This document shows positions 15,781 to 22,696 of a DNA stretch of 24,000 nt, one piece after another (the first letter of the stretch is position 1; each line of letters starts with the position of its first letter). The notes below the pieces were generated by a model, which was given only the letters and a program-made list of their open reading frames with translations, made no database searches and was not told the DNA's origin. Both the position numbers and the translations under genes were made by a program. The stretch lies in contig CALHAG010000021.1 in the NCBI GenBank assembly GCA_937934305.1, forward strand, positions 34,564 to 58,563, written 5' to 3'. The stretch comes from Candidatus Caldarchaeum subterraneum (GTDB lineage: Archaea; Thermoproteota; Nitrososphaeria_A; Caldarchaeales; Caldarchaeaceae).

Positions 15781-16716
15781 GTGGTGAAGATGCGGCATTT
15801 TCTTGAGGTCGGCGACCTGAAGCCTAAAGAAATAGACGTGATAGTTTCTGCTGCGCTGCGTTGGCGGAAGCGTGGATACCCTAGGACAAGACCTCTACGG
15901 GACAAAACGGTTGTTCTCGTGTTCCAGAAGCCTTCTACTAGGACGCGTGTATCTTTTCAGGCTGCGGTGGCTAAGCTGGGCGGTGAGTCGATGTATCTAG
16001 GCTGGGGCGAGCTTCAGCTGGGCCGCGGCGAGTCTGTTGAGGACACTGGCAAGGTTCTGGCGAGATACGTTGACTGCATAGTGGCGCGTGTATTCGGCCA
16101 CGGCGACTTGGTGGAGCTGGCTAAAAACGGCCGCATACCCGTAATTAACGCGCTCAGCGACAAACATCATCCATGTCAGGCTTTGGCCGACCTCATGACC
16201 ATCTACATGTATTCGAAGAAACCGTATCAGTCGAAAGTGGCTTTCATCGGCGACGGAAACAACGTATGCGTCTCGCTTATGCAGGTTTGTGCGGCCGCGG
16301 GCGTAGACATAGCCGTTGCTACTCCACCATCATACAGGCCGCCCGAGGAGGAGGTGAAGAAAGCCCTCAAAGTTGCTGAAGAGACGGGGGCCAGCGTCAT
16401 TTTGACAGATGACCCGAGAGAAGCCGTCAGAGACGCCGACTTTGTCTACACAGATGTCTTCGTCTCGATGGGTCAGGAGGCGGAGCGGAACAGGAAACTA
16501 GCAGAATTCCTGCCAACCTATCAGGTCAACGCCTCTTTGATGTCGCATGCAAAACCAACCGCCAAGTTCATGCACTGCATGCCCATGCACCTCGGCGAAG
16601 AAGTCACACCCGAGGTAGCCTATGGCCCCCAATCCGTGATATATGACCAAGCCGAGAACAGGATGCACACCGAGGCATCGCTTCTCGCCTACCTGCTCCG
16701 AGGCAGGGTTAAATAG
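15781..16716 (+). CDS. argF: Ornithine carbamoyltransferase
   Basis: 311 aa: FQKPSTRTRVSF (carbamoyl-phosphate site), SDKHHPCQALADL, DVFVSMGQE and FMHCMPMH (HCLP-type ornithine site). The HPCQ and SMG motifs favour OTC over ATCase. The start is GTG 15781 or ATG 15790. Confidence 0.92.
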   Translation: MVKMRHFLEVGDLKPKEIDVIVSAALRWRKRGYPRTRPLRDKTVVLVFQKPSTRTRVSFQAAVAKLGGESMYLGWGELQLGRGESVEDTGKVLARYVDCIVARVFGHGDLVELAKNGRIPVINALSDKHHPCQALADLMTIYMYSKKPYQSKVAFIGDGNNVCVSLMQVCAAAGVDIAVATPPSYRPPEEEVKKALKVAEETGASVILTDDPREAVRDADFVYTDVFVSMGQEAERNRKLAEFLPTYQVNASLMSHAKPTAKFMHCMPMHLGEEVTPEVAYGPQSVIYDQAENRMHTEASLLAYLLRGRVK

Positions 16717-16738
16717 GCGGGGGAACCGCTGAAGAGAC

Positions 16739-16909
16739 GTGGGGATATCGAGCTTCTTCAAATCGGCGTTGACAACCTTGAAAATGGCGAAGAAACCCAC
16801 TTGGAAAGAATATTCCATAACGTTGAGAATTACTTTGCTGGGGCTGGGCATCATAGGTGTTCTGGCCTTTATTATACGGTTTCTGGCTATAGCTTTCCAG
16901 CCTGCTTGA
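16739..16909 (+). CDS. secE: Preprotein translocase subunit SecE (Sec61-gamma)
   Basis: Below the track cutoff. GTG 16739 (or ATG 16784) to TGA 16909: MGISSFFKSALTTLKMAKKPTWKEYSITLRITLLGLGIIGVLAFIIRFLAIAFQPA. It has the KKPT..E motif, a single C-terminal TM and the conserved position directly upstream of spt5-L11. Confidence 0.8.
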   Translation: MGISSFFKSALTTLKMAKKPTWKEYSITLRITLLGLGIIGVLAFIIRFLAIAFQPA

Positions 16910-16964
16910 CGCAGGTTTTTATTACCGGCGAAGCCTTAGAGTGGACAGGTTGAGCACGGCTGGG

Positions 16965-17849
16965 ATGAAGTATTTCGCGGTTAAGACAACGGTTGGGCAG
17001 GAGAGGACGGTGGCCAACGTTCTCGAGGCAAGGTTCCACGGCATTTTCCTCGACTTTGTCGGAGAATCGGTGGGAACAGTAGCGATAAGCGACAAAACTC
17101 ATGTGGCTGTGATTTTCGTTTCCCCGAAAACAACCATGTTGGAGAAGGTGGCGGTGTACATATCCAAGGCTGGCGAGCCAACCGAGCCCCTCCGCTCCAT
17201 GTTAGTCGAGTACAGTGATGAAACAGGGTTCGGTTCAGAGCCCCTTGGCGAGGGAAGCTACGACCCTCTACTTCTCAAAACAGACGGTTGGGCTGAGATA
17301 GTTTTCCGCTCACCTGTTAAACTGAGGCGCGGCACATCCTATGCTCTGAAGATTTTCAAAACAGTCGAGGAGGCGGGCGGCTATAACTTGTTTCTAGGAG
17401 AAGGTGAGAAAGAGGATGTACGGTTCAAGGTTTTTGAGCAGGGGGAGTGGAGAGATGATGCCCGGCTGCCTCTCTTCAAGCTGATTGAGAAGCCTGCGAT
17501 TGCGTCAATATTCATTCTTCCAGCCTTAAAGGGCTACGTGTTTGTTGAGGCGACTTCGAAAGAGGTTATCGCCGACGCGCTGCAGAATGTTAGGCATGTG
17601 AAGGCGAGGCCGCCGATGCCTGTGAAGCTGGAGACCATCGCATCGCACTTGGTTGAGAAACCTTTGATTGAGGTTTTGGCGGCTGGGCAGATGGTTGAGA
17701 TTGTCTCCGGCCCATTGAAAGGCATCGTCGGCAAAGTCATCAGGGTTGAGAAGTCGAGGCGCGAGGTCACGCTTGAGCTGAAAGAGGCGGCTTTCCAGCT
17801 CCCAATATCCGTCTCAATAGACGCCGTCCGCCCCATAGACAAGACGTAG
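16965..17849 (+). CDS. spt5: Transcription elongation factor Spt5 (NusG) with a ~150-aa insertion inside the NGN domain
   Basis: NGN start: MKYFAVKTTVGQERTVANVLEAR. NGN remainder: IASIFILPALKGYVFVEATSKEVIADALQNVRHVKA. KOW: GQMVEIVSGPLKGIVGKVIRVEKSRREVTLEL. Synteny is secE-spt5-L11. The ATG at 16965 is preferred over the track's GTG 16941, and TTTTTATTA at 16916-16924 is a possible TATA. Confidence 0.85.
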   Translation: MKYFAVKTTVGQERTVANVLEARFHGIFLDFVGESVGTVAISDKTHVAVIFVSPKTTMLEKVAVYISKAGEPTEPLRSMLVEYSDETGFGSEPLGEGSYDPLLLKTDGWAEIVFRSPVKLRRGTSYALKIFKTVEEAGGYNLFLGEGEKEDVRFKVFEQGEWRDDARLPLFKLIEKPAIASIFILPALKGYVFVEATSKEVIADALQNVRHVKARPPMPVKLETIASHLVEKPLIEVLAAGQMVEIVSGPLKGIVGKVIRVEKSRREVTLELKEAAFQLPISVSIDAVRPIDKT

Positions 17850-17850
17850 G

Positions 17851-17860
17851 TTTAAGAATA
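17851..17860 (+). promoter_or_regulatory. TATA-box-like element upstream of L11
   Basis: TTTAAGAATA, centred about 29 nt upstream of ATG 17884 in the 34-nt spt5-L11 spacer. Confidence 0.35.
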
Positions 17861-17883
17861 GCCAGTAGGGGAAAGGTCTAGAC

Positions 17884-18372
17884 ATGGGTGAAAAAACCTT
17901 CCGCTTCCTCGTAGAAGGCGGCAAAGTCACGGCAGGCCCTCCGCTGGGACCAGCCCTAGGGCCTCTAGGGCTGAATGTGATGGCCGTAGCCGAGGAGGCT
18001 AACAGGCTTACACAGTCGTTTAACGGTATGCGAGTCCCGATTGAGGTGGTGGTCGACACAGATACTAAGAAGTTTGAGATAAGGGTTGGTACGCCTAGCA
18101 CCTCGGCTCTTCTCTCCAGCGCGGCGGGTGTGCAGAAGGGAAGCGGGACCGCGGGACGTGATTACGTGAGCGACCTCAAGTTCACAGAAATCGTGAAGAT
18201 TGCCGAGAAGAAGCTTCAAGACATGAGGTCCAAGACGCTCAAAGCCGCTGTCAAAGAAATACTCGGCTCATGCGTCAGCATGGGTATAAAAGTTGACGGC
18301 AAAAACCCCAAAGAGGTAATCAAGCTTGTCGAACAGGGAAAATACGACAATCTACTGGGTGAACAGAATTGA
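17884..18372 (+). CDS. rpl11: 50S ribosomal protein L11 (uL11)
   Basis: 162 aa: VEGGKVTAGPPLGPALGPLGLNVMAV..., FEIRVGTPSTSALL and SCVSMGIKVDGK match uL11. Confidence 0.97.
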   Translation: MGEKTFRFLVEGGKVTAGPPLGPALGPLGLNVMAVAEEANRLTQSFNGMRVPIEVVVDTDTKKFEIRVGTPSTSALLSSAAGVQKGSGTAGRDYVSDLKFTEIVKIAEKKLQDMRSKTLKAAVKEILGSCVSMGIKVDGKNPKEVIKLVEQGKYDNLLGEQN

Positions 18373-19028
18373 TGCGTTCCGAGTTAGCCAAGACAGCTGA
18401 AGCAGTCAAAAAAGCTAAGCAAAACAAGAAGAACACGAAGTTTAAGCAATCGGTCGAGCTGGTGATCAACGTCACAGGCGTGGACCTTACTAAGCCGCAG
18501 AACAGGTTTTCTGAGGTTATTGAGCTTCCCAACGACCTAGGAAGAAAACGGAGAAAAATCCTGGTCATCGCCTCGGGAAATCTCGCTCTCGAGGCATCTA
18601 AGACCCCGGGTGTTGCCCGGGTTATCCAGAAAGAGGAGCTGGAGGCTCTTGTGGGCAGGAAGAAAGAGGCGAAGAAGATTGCGTCCGAGTATGATTTCGT
18701 CCTAGTGGAGCCTGCTCTGGTGGGGTTGGCTGCGAGAGTTCTCGGAGCAGCTCTCGGCGCAAGGGGAAAGACACCTATACCTATTCCACCCGGCAGCGAT
18801 ATTCAGAAGCTTGTGAAAAGATACGAGAACAGTGTTGTAGCTACTTTGAGGAAATCACCGCAGGTCGCGTGCATAGTTGGGGTGGAGGAAGACCCTGATG
18901 AAAAAATAGCCGAAAACTTGGAAACAGTGTTGAACAGGGTGGTTGAGAAGCTTGAGAAAAAGAGGAGAAACATCGCCAGCGTGTATGTCAAGACCACGAT
19001 GGGCAAGCCGGTGAAGGTGGAGTTTTGA
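18372..19028 (+). CDS. rpl1: 50S ribosomal protein L1 (uL1)
   Basis: FKQSVELVINVTGVDLTKPQNRF..VIELP, ASEYDFVLVEPALVGLAARVLGAALGARGKTP and SVYVKTTMGKPVKV match uL1. The ATG at 18372 overlaps the L11 stop (TGATG). The track's TTG at 18369 is an alternative. Confidence 0.95.
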   Translation: MRSELAKTAEAVKKAKQNKKNTKFKQSVELVINVTGVDLTKPQNRFSEVIELPNDLGRKRRKILVIASGNLALEASKTPGVARVIQKEELEALVGRKKEAKKIASEYDFVLVEPALVGLAARVLGAALGARGKTPIPIPPGSDIQKLVKRYENSVVATLRKSPQVACIVGVEEDPDEKIAENLETVLNRVVEKLEKKRRNIASVYVKTTMGKPVKVEF

Positions 19029-19085
19029 TGAATAAATTGATTAATCACCGCAGCTTTGGAGCCGCCAGCGGGGAGAGTTGAAGCC

Positions 19086-19949
19086 ATGTCCACCGTGGTT
19101 ACACGGCCAAGTTTAGTGAAGAAGGCTAGACTCGTTGAGGAGGTAGCTGAGCTTATCAAGAAATATCCTGTTGTCGCGGTCTTTGACCTGAGAAGCACCA
19201 GAGCCAACACCATACATGAGATGAGGAAAAAGCTCCGCGGATTATGTGAAATAAGAGTGCTCAAGAGGACCTTGTTCGTGAAAGCATGCAGGCTCGCGGG
19301 GAAACCTGAGTTGGAGAAACTCGTGGAAAACATCAAAGTTCCCGTGGGCTTCATCTTCAGCAGCGTCAACAGTTTCCAGCTCGCGTTAACGCTGGAGAAG
19401 AACAAGGTTCCCATGCATGCCAAAGCCGGGGAGAAAGCGGACTTCGACATCTGGGTGCCTGAAACAAACACAGGTCTTCCGCCGGGCCCAATTCTGAGCG
19501 ACTTCGGCAAACTCAGGATACCGACGAGGATAGAGGGGGGACAGGTTTGGATAGCCAAGGACACGCTCGTGGCTAAGAAGGGTGAGGAGATATCCCAGCT
19601 GCTTGCAAGCCTGCTGGTTAAACTCGACATCAAAGCTGTTCTAAGAGGCGTTAACCTGATAAGCGCTTACGAGGAAGGCGTCATCCTAAAGGCGGAGGAC
19701 CTTGTAATAGACCCTGTCAAGATTGGGCAAGAAATCGCGTCAGCGGCCTCGCTTGCACTCGCATTCGCGGTCAACATATCCTACATAACGAGGGAAACAC
19801 TGCCACAGCTGCTGATACGAGCCGAAACACACGCCAAGGCACTCGCGACAGAGGCAGGGTTCTACACAAGGGAGACACTGCCGACAATCTTTGCCAAGGC
19901 CTTGGCAGAGTCAAATGCTTTAGCGCGGGCCGCGGGTGTTTCTGAGTAG
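19086..19949 (+). CDS. rplP0: 50S ribosomal stalk protein P0 (uL10), lacking the usual acidic C-terminal tail
   Basis: KKARLVEEVAELIKKYPVVAVFDLRSTRANTIHEMRKKLRG..EIRVLKRTLF and the GLPPGPILSDFGKLRIPTRIEGGQVWI insertion domain match P0. There are three helix-repeat segments at the C-terminus (…SAASLALAFAVNISYITRETLPQLLIRAETHAKALATEAGFYTRETLPTIFAKALAESNALARAAG). The ATG at 19086 is preferred over the track start 19056. Confidence 0.9.
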   Translation: MSTVVTRPSLVKKARLVEEVAELIKKYPVVAVFDLRSTRANTIHEMRKKLRGLCEIRVLKRTLFVKACRLAGKPELEKLVENIKVPVGFIFSSVNSFQLALTLEKNKVPMHAKAGEKADFDIWVPETNTGLPPGPILSDFGKLRIPTRIEGGQVWIAKDTLVAKKGEEISQLLASLLVKLDIKAVLRGVNLISAYEEGVILKAEDLVIDPVKIGQEIASAASLALAFAVNISYITRETLPQLLIRAETHAKALATEAGFYTRETLPTIFAKALAESNALARAAGVSE

Positions 19950-22649
19950 GTTGCTTAGCTCCGGCAAGTTGGAGACCAGCGTCTCAGTTGGTGCAGCGCC
20001 TCTGCCGAGTGTTCTGCTTCCCCCTCCCCCACCTCCCGCAAGCTGCAGAAACCTTCTCAAAACCTCTCCCACGTTTACACCAGCCTCAACAGCCTTGTCA
20101 TTAGCGACCGCCACCACTTTAGCCGAAGGAGTTCCCGCATATGCCAAAGCAACGGCAGGCTTCTCTATCTTCACAATCTCGGCCGCCAGTTTAATCAAGT
20201 ATTCCTCATCATCATATTCTTCTTCGGAGATGTAGAGAAGAAGTCTGTCGACCGATATGCCGACGCTCCTTATCTCCGCTGCCCTGTAAACAATTAGTTT
20301 CTCCGAAAGTGTTTTGACTGTTTTTCTGAGGATGCGTAGGTTTTCGTCGAGTTCGGCTATTTTCTTCGGGATGTCTTCGACCGGTGCCTGAAGTTTTTCC
20401 GCAACCTCATGCAGCATGGTCTCCATGTCTTGATAGCGATGTAGGTTGGCTGGCCCCGCCACAAACTCGATTCTCTCCACCCCATCCTGTATTCTCTCGC
20501 TCGAAACAATCTTAATCAACCCCACGTCTTCTGTGTTTTCGCAGTGTATTCCTCCACATGCCTCGGCATCCCATCCCGGTATCTCCACAACCCTTATGAC
20601 GCCGAGGGGTACCTCTCCCCCTTGGTAGAGCCCGAACCCGTATGTTTCCTCGGCCGCGTTCCTATTCATCCACTCTATTCTCACAGGTATGCGACGTGCC
20701 ACAACCCTGTTTGCCAATTTCTCGATTTCACGTATCTGCTCGAGCGTCAGCCTCTTGTGATGATAAAAATCTAGCCTACCTTTTTCAGGTTCTTTCCTCG
20801 CCCCCGCTTGCCAGGCATGTTTGCCCAAGACTCGTCTGACAGCTCCCAGTAGAATGTGTGTGGCGGTGTGATGTCTGACGATGGCCTGTCTTCTCTCTGC
20901 GTCGACATAGCCCTCAACCTCTTCACCCACATCGGGAACAGGGCCCTCAACCCGGTGGACAACAACGTCGTCTAAAATCTGAGTGTCAACAACTGTGCAT
21001 ACCTTGTCGCGGCAAACCAGCGTACCCCTGTCGCCTACCGCTCCGCCGCCCTCAGGATAAAACAGTGTCGCATCAAGTATGACGTAGCCGTTTTCCACAC
21101 CCAAAACCTTCGCTCGGAAACTGTAGCTGTTCGGCTGCTCATAGTAGAGTTTTCGTGTCTTGGGATAAGATGAGACATCTATTTGGTGCTGCGAAGTGGT
21201 TTTCACGGGTTTTTCGCGGAGATGCCGTGAAGCCACAAGCTCGTAAAAGTTTTCAGGAATAGTGACGTTAACACCCTGCTTCGCGGCGGCCTCTGCCACT
21301 ATGTCAGGCGTCAACCCCTTGTCGTCATAGTATTGTATGAGTTTCTCAACCGAGATTTCCTTGGTTTCTCTCAGTTCTCTCAGAACAGTTTCAGTGCCGC
21401 GTTTGATTGTCTCCCTAAACTTATTAACCTCATGCCCAACTATGTCGAGAACCTCTTCCCGCATCTCTGATAGATGTGGAAAATCTTTCTCCCAGTAACT
21501 TATCTGCAGGTCGACGAGGTCGAGAAGCTTCTCCTCGGCGTCAACCGTTCTCAGCAGCCTGTAAGCTCTGCGTATGAGAAGCCGTGCAAGGTATCCTGTT
21601 TTGACGTTGCTGGGCACAACCCCCTCAGCCACTATGAAGGCTATCGCCTTGCTGTAGTCAAGGGCCTGGTAAACTTTTTCATAGGGAACAATCTGCTCGT
21701 TGACTGTTTCGACGCTAATCCCGGCCATTGACGCAACTCTTCTCCTCAACTCGCTGACCGTTGCATCAGCTCCCGGTTTAACCAGCCCTGTATACTTTGC
21801 GTATTTGATCAGCAGCTCTTCATCAGGTCTATTTACGGGGATAAGCTCCCGCACCTTGGCGAGTAATTCGCCGTATATGGCGTCGAAAGCGCTCGGTGTC
21901 TGCTGAGAGAACCAAGCCAACCTCTCTATGCCGTATCCTGTGTCAACGGTTTTTATCGGTGTCTCAGCTCTCTCGCCGTCAAGGGTTTTGAACTGCATGA
22001 AGACAAGGGTAGCTAGCTCAAGCCCGCCCGCTATCACCTCGAGACAGGGCCCCTCGTTGCCGCCTCCCGCCCACCACGACTCCTTGTAAACCAGCTCATC
22101 GGCCGGGATGCCGAGAACACTTGTCATAAACTCTTGACAATACTCAGCTGTCTCCGACTTCCAGTAGATTTTCTTATCGGGGTAGTTGAAGGCGTGGTGG
22201 CCACCCATCTCAAAAACCGTGAGATGACGGCCGAAGGTGAGCCCTATCTTGTCGAGGTCTACAAGCCTTGCGCATGGCTGGCTTATAACCAAGGGGTTGG
22301 CGGGCGGAGGCGCAATACCGTTGGTGACCCATGGCTGAAAATCGACGATAGATGCATCGGTCAAGTAAAGGTCTGTACGCCAGCGAGCCACAATCGGGTA
22401 CGGCTTTATCGGAGCGTGTCCTCTCTGCGCGAAAAACTCTATGAAACCCTCTCTAGCCTCTCTGACCGACAGAGGCTTTGAACAGTATTTTTTCTCGAGA
22501 AAACTGTATTCGACGCAGGGAGATTCACCGCATACATCTCTGCCGGGGTCAAGACTCCAGAAAAACTCGCCGCAAACCCTGCACCGATTCCTCACAAACC
22601 CGTTTTGTATAAAAAACTCTAGCCTATACTCGTGCTCGTCGTAAGGCAA
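19920..22649 (-). CDS. alaS: Alanyl-tRNA synthetase (archaeal type)
   Basis: 909 aa, TTG start. The archaeal N-terminal zinc region is YRLEFFIQNGFVRNRCRVCGEFFWS. The class II core follows. The editing domain has HHTATHILLGAVRRVLGKHAWQAG and WDAEACGGIHC. The C-terminal DHHA1-like G-run is LAGGGGGGS. Confidence 0.97.
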   Translation of the reverse strand: MPYDEHEYRLEFFIQNGFVRNRCRVCGEFFWSLDPGRDVCGESPCVEYSFLEKKYCSKPLSVREAREGFIEFFAQRGHAPIKPYPIVARWRTDLYLTDASIVDFQPWVTNGIAPPPANPLVISQPCARLVDLDKIGLTFGRHLTVFEMGGHHAFNYPDKKIYWKSETAEYCQEFMTSVLGIPADELVYKESWWAGGGNEGPCLEVIAGGLELATLVFMQFKTLDGERAETPIKTVDTGYGIERLAWFSQQTPSAFDAIYGELLAKVRELIPVNRPDEELLIKYAKYTGLVKPGADATVSELRRRVASMAGISVETVNEQIVPYEKVYQALDYSKAIAFIVAEGVVPSNVKTGYLARLLIRRAYRLLRTVDAEEKLLDLVDLQISYWEKDFPHLSEMREEVLDIVGHEVNKFRETIKRGTETVLRELRETKEISVEKLIQYYDDKGLTPDIVAEAAAKQGVNVTIPENFYELVASRHLREKPVKTTSQHQIDVSSYPKTRKLYYEQPNSYSFRAKVLGVENGYVILDATLFYPEGGGAVGDRGTLVCRDKVCTVVDTQILDDVVVHRVEGPVPDVGEEVEGYVDAERRQAIVRHHTATHILLGAVRRVLGKHAWQAGARKEPEKGRLDFYHHKRLTLEQIREIEKLANRVVARRIPVRIEWMNRNAAEETYGFGLYQGGEVPLGVIRVVEIPGWDAEACGGIHCENTEDVGLIKIVSSERIQDGVERIEFVAGPANLHRYQDMETMLHEVAEKLQAPVEDIPKKIAELDENLRILRKTVKTLSEKLIVYRAAEIRSVGISVDRLLLYISEEEYDDEEYLIKLAAEIVKIEKPAVALAYAGTPSAKVVAVANDKAVEAGVNVGEVLRRFLQLAGGGGGGSRTLGRGAAPTETLVSNLPELSNLLRNTRGPR

Positions 22650-22696
22650 GGCATCGACACCACAAGACCACTTTTAAGGCGCCGTTTTAACTATTT

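Noticed and set aside
16498-16854. 118-aa minus-strand ORF bridging the argF 3' end and secE
   Set aside because: The plus strand here encodes the conserved OTC C-terminus (HCMPMH...) and a syntenic SecE. The minus-strand product has no recognisable features.
17034-17495. Intein as the explanation for the Spt5 insertion
   Set aside because: There is no Cys/Ser/Thr at the N-terminal junction and no His-Asn plus Cys/Ser/Thr at the C-terminal junction. There are no cysteines in the insert and no LAGLIDADG or HNH blocks. The size (~150 aa) and beta-rich pattern fit a structural domain.
18372-18480. L1 autoregulatory mRNA mimic of the 23S rRNA L1-binding site near the start of the L1 gene (known in Methanococcus)
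   Set aside because: I could not identify a convincing helix/asymmetric-loop mimic by eye. This would need covariance-model or structure-prediction analysis, so I make no call.
19025-19085. Possible C/D-box sRNA in the L1-P0 spacer (TTGATGA at 19025)
   Set aside because: The C-box-like heptamer overlaps the L1 stop. No CUGA D box and no C'/D' motifs occur in the following ~60 nt. The other TGATGA-like strings in the window (for example ~3975) lie inside CDSs and also lack D boxes.
18803-19633. 276-aa minus-strand ORF spanning the L1 3' end and the P0 5' half
   Set aside because: It is antisense to two unambiguous ribosomal protein genes. The product is S/T/L-rich and low-complexity. It is a shadow ORF.
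20018-20039. C-rich low-complexity tract (CTTCCCCCTCCCCCACCTCCC)
   Set aside because: On the minus strand it encodes the conserved glycine run (LAGGGGGGS) of the AlaRS C-terminal DHHA1-like domain. It is not a repeat or a regulatory element.
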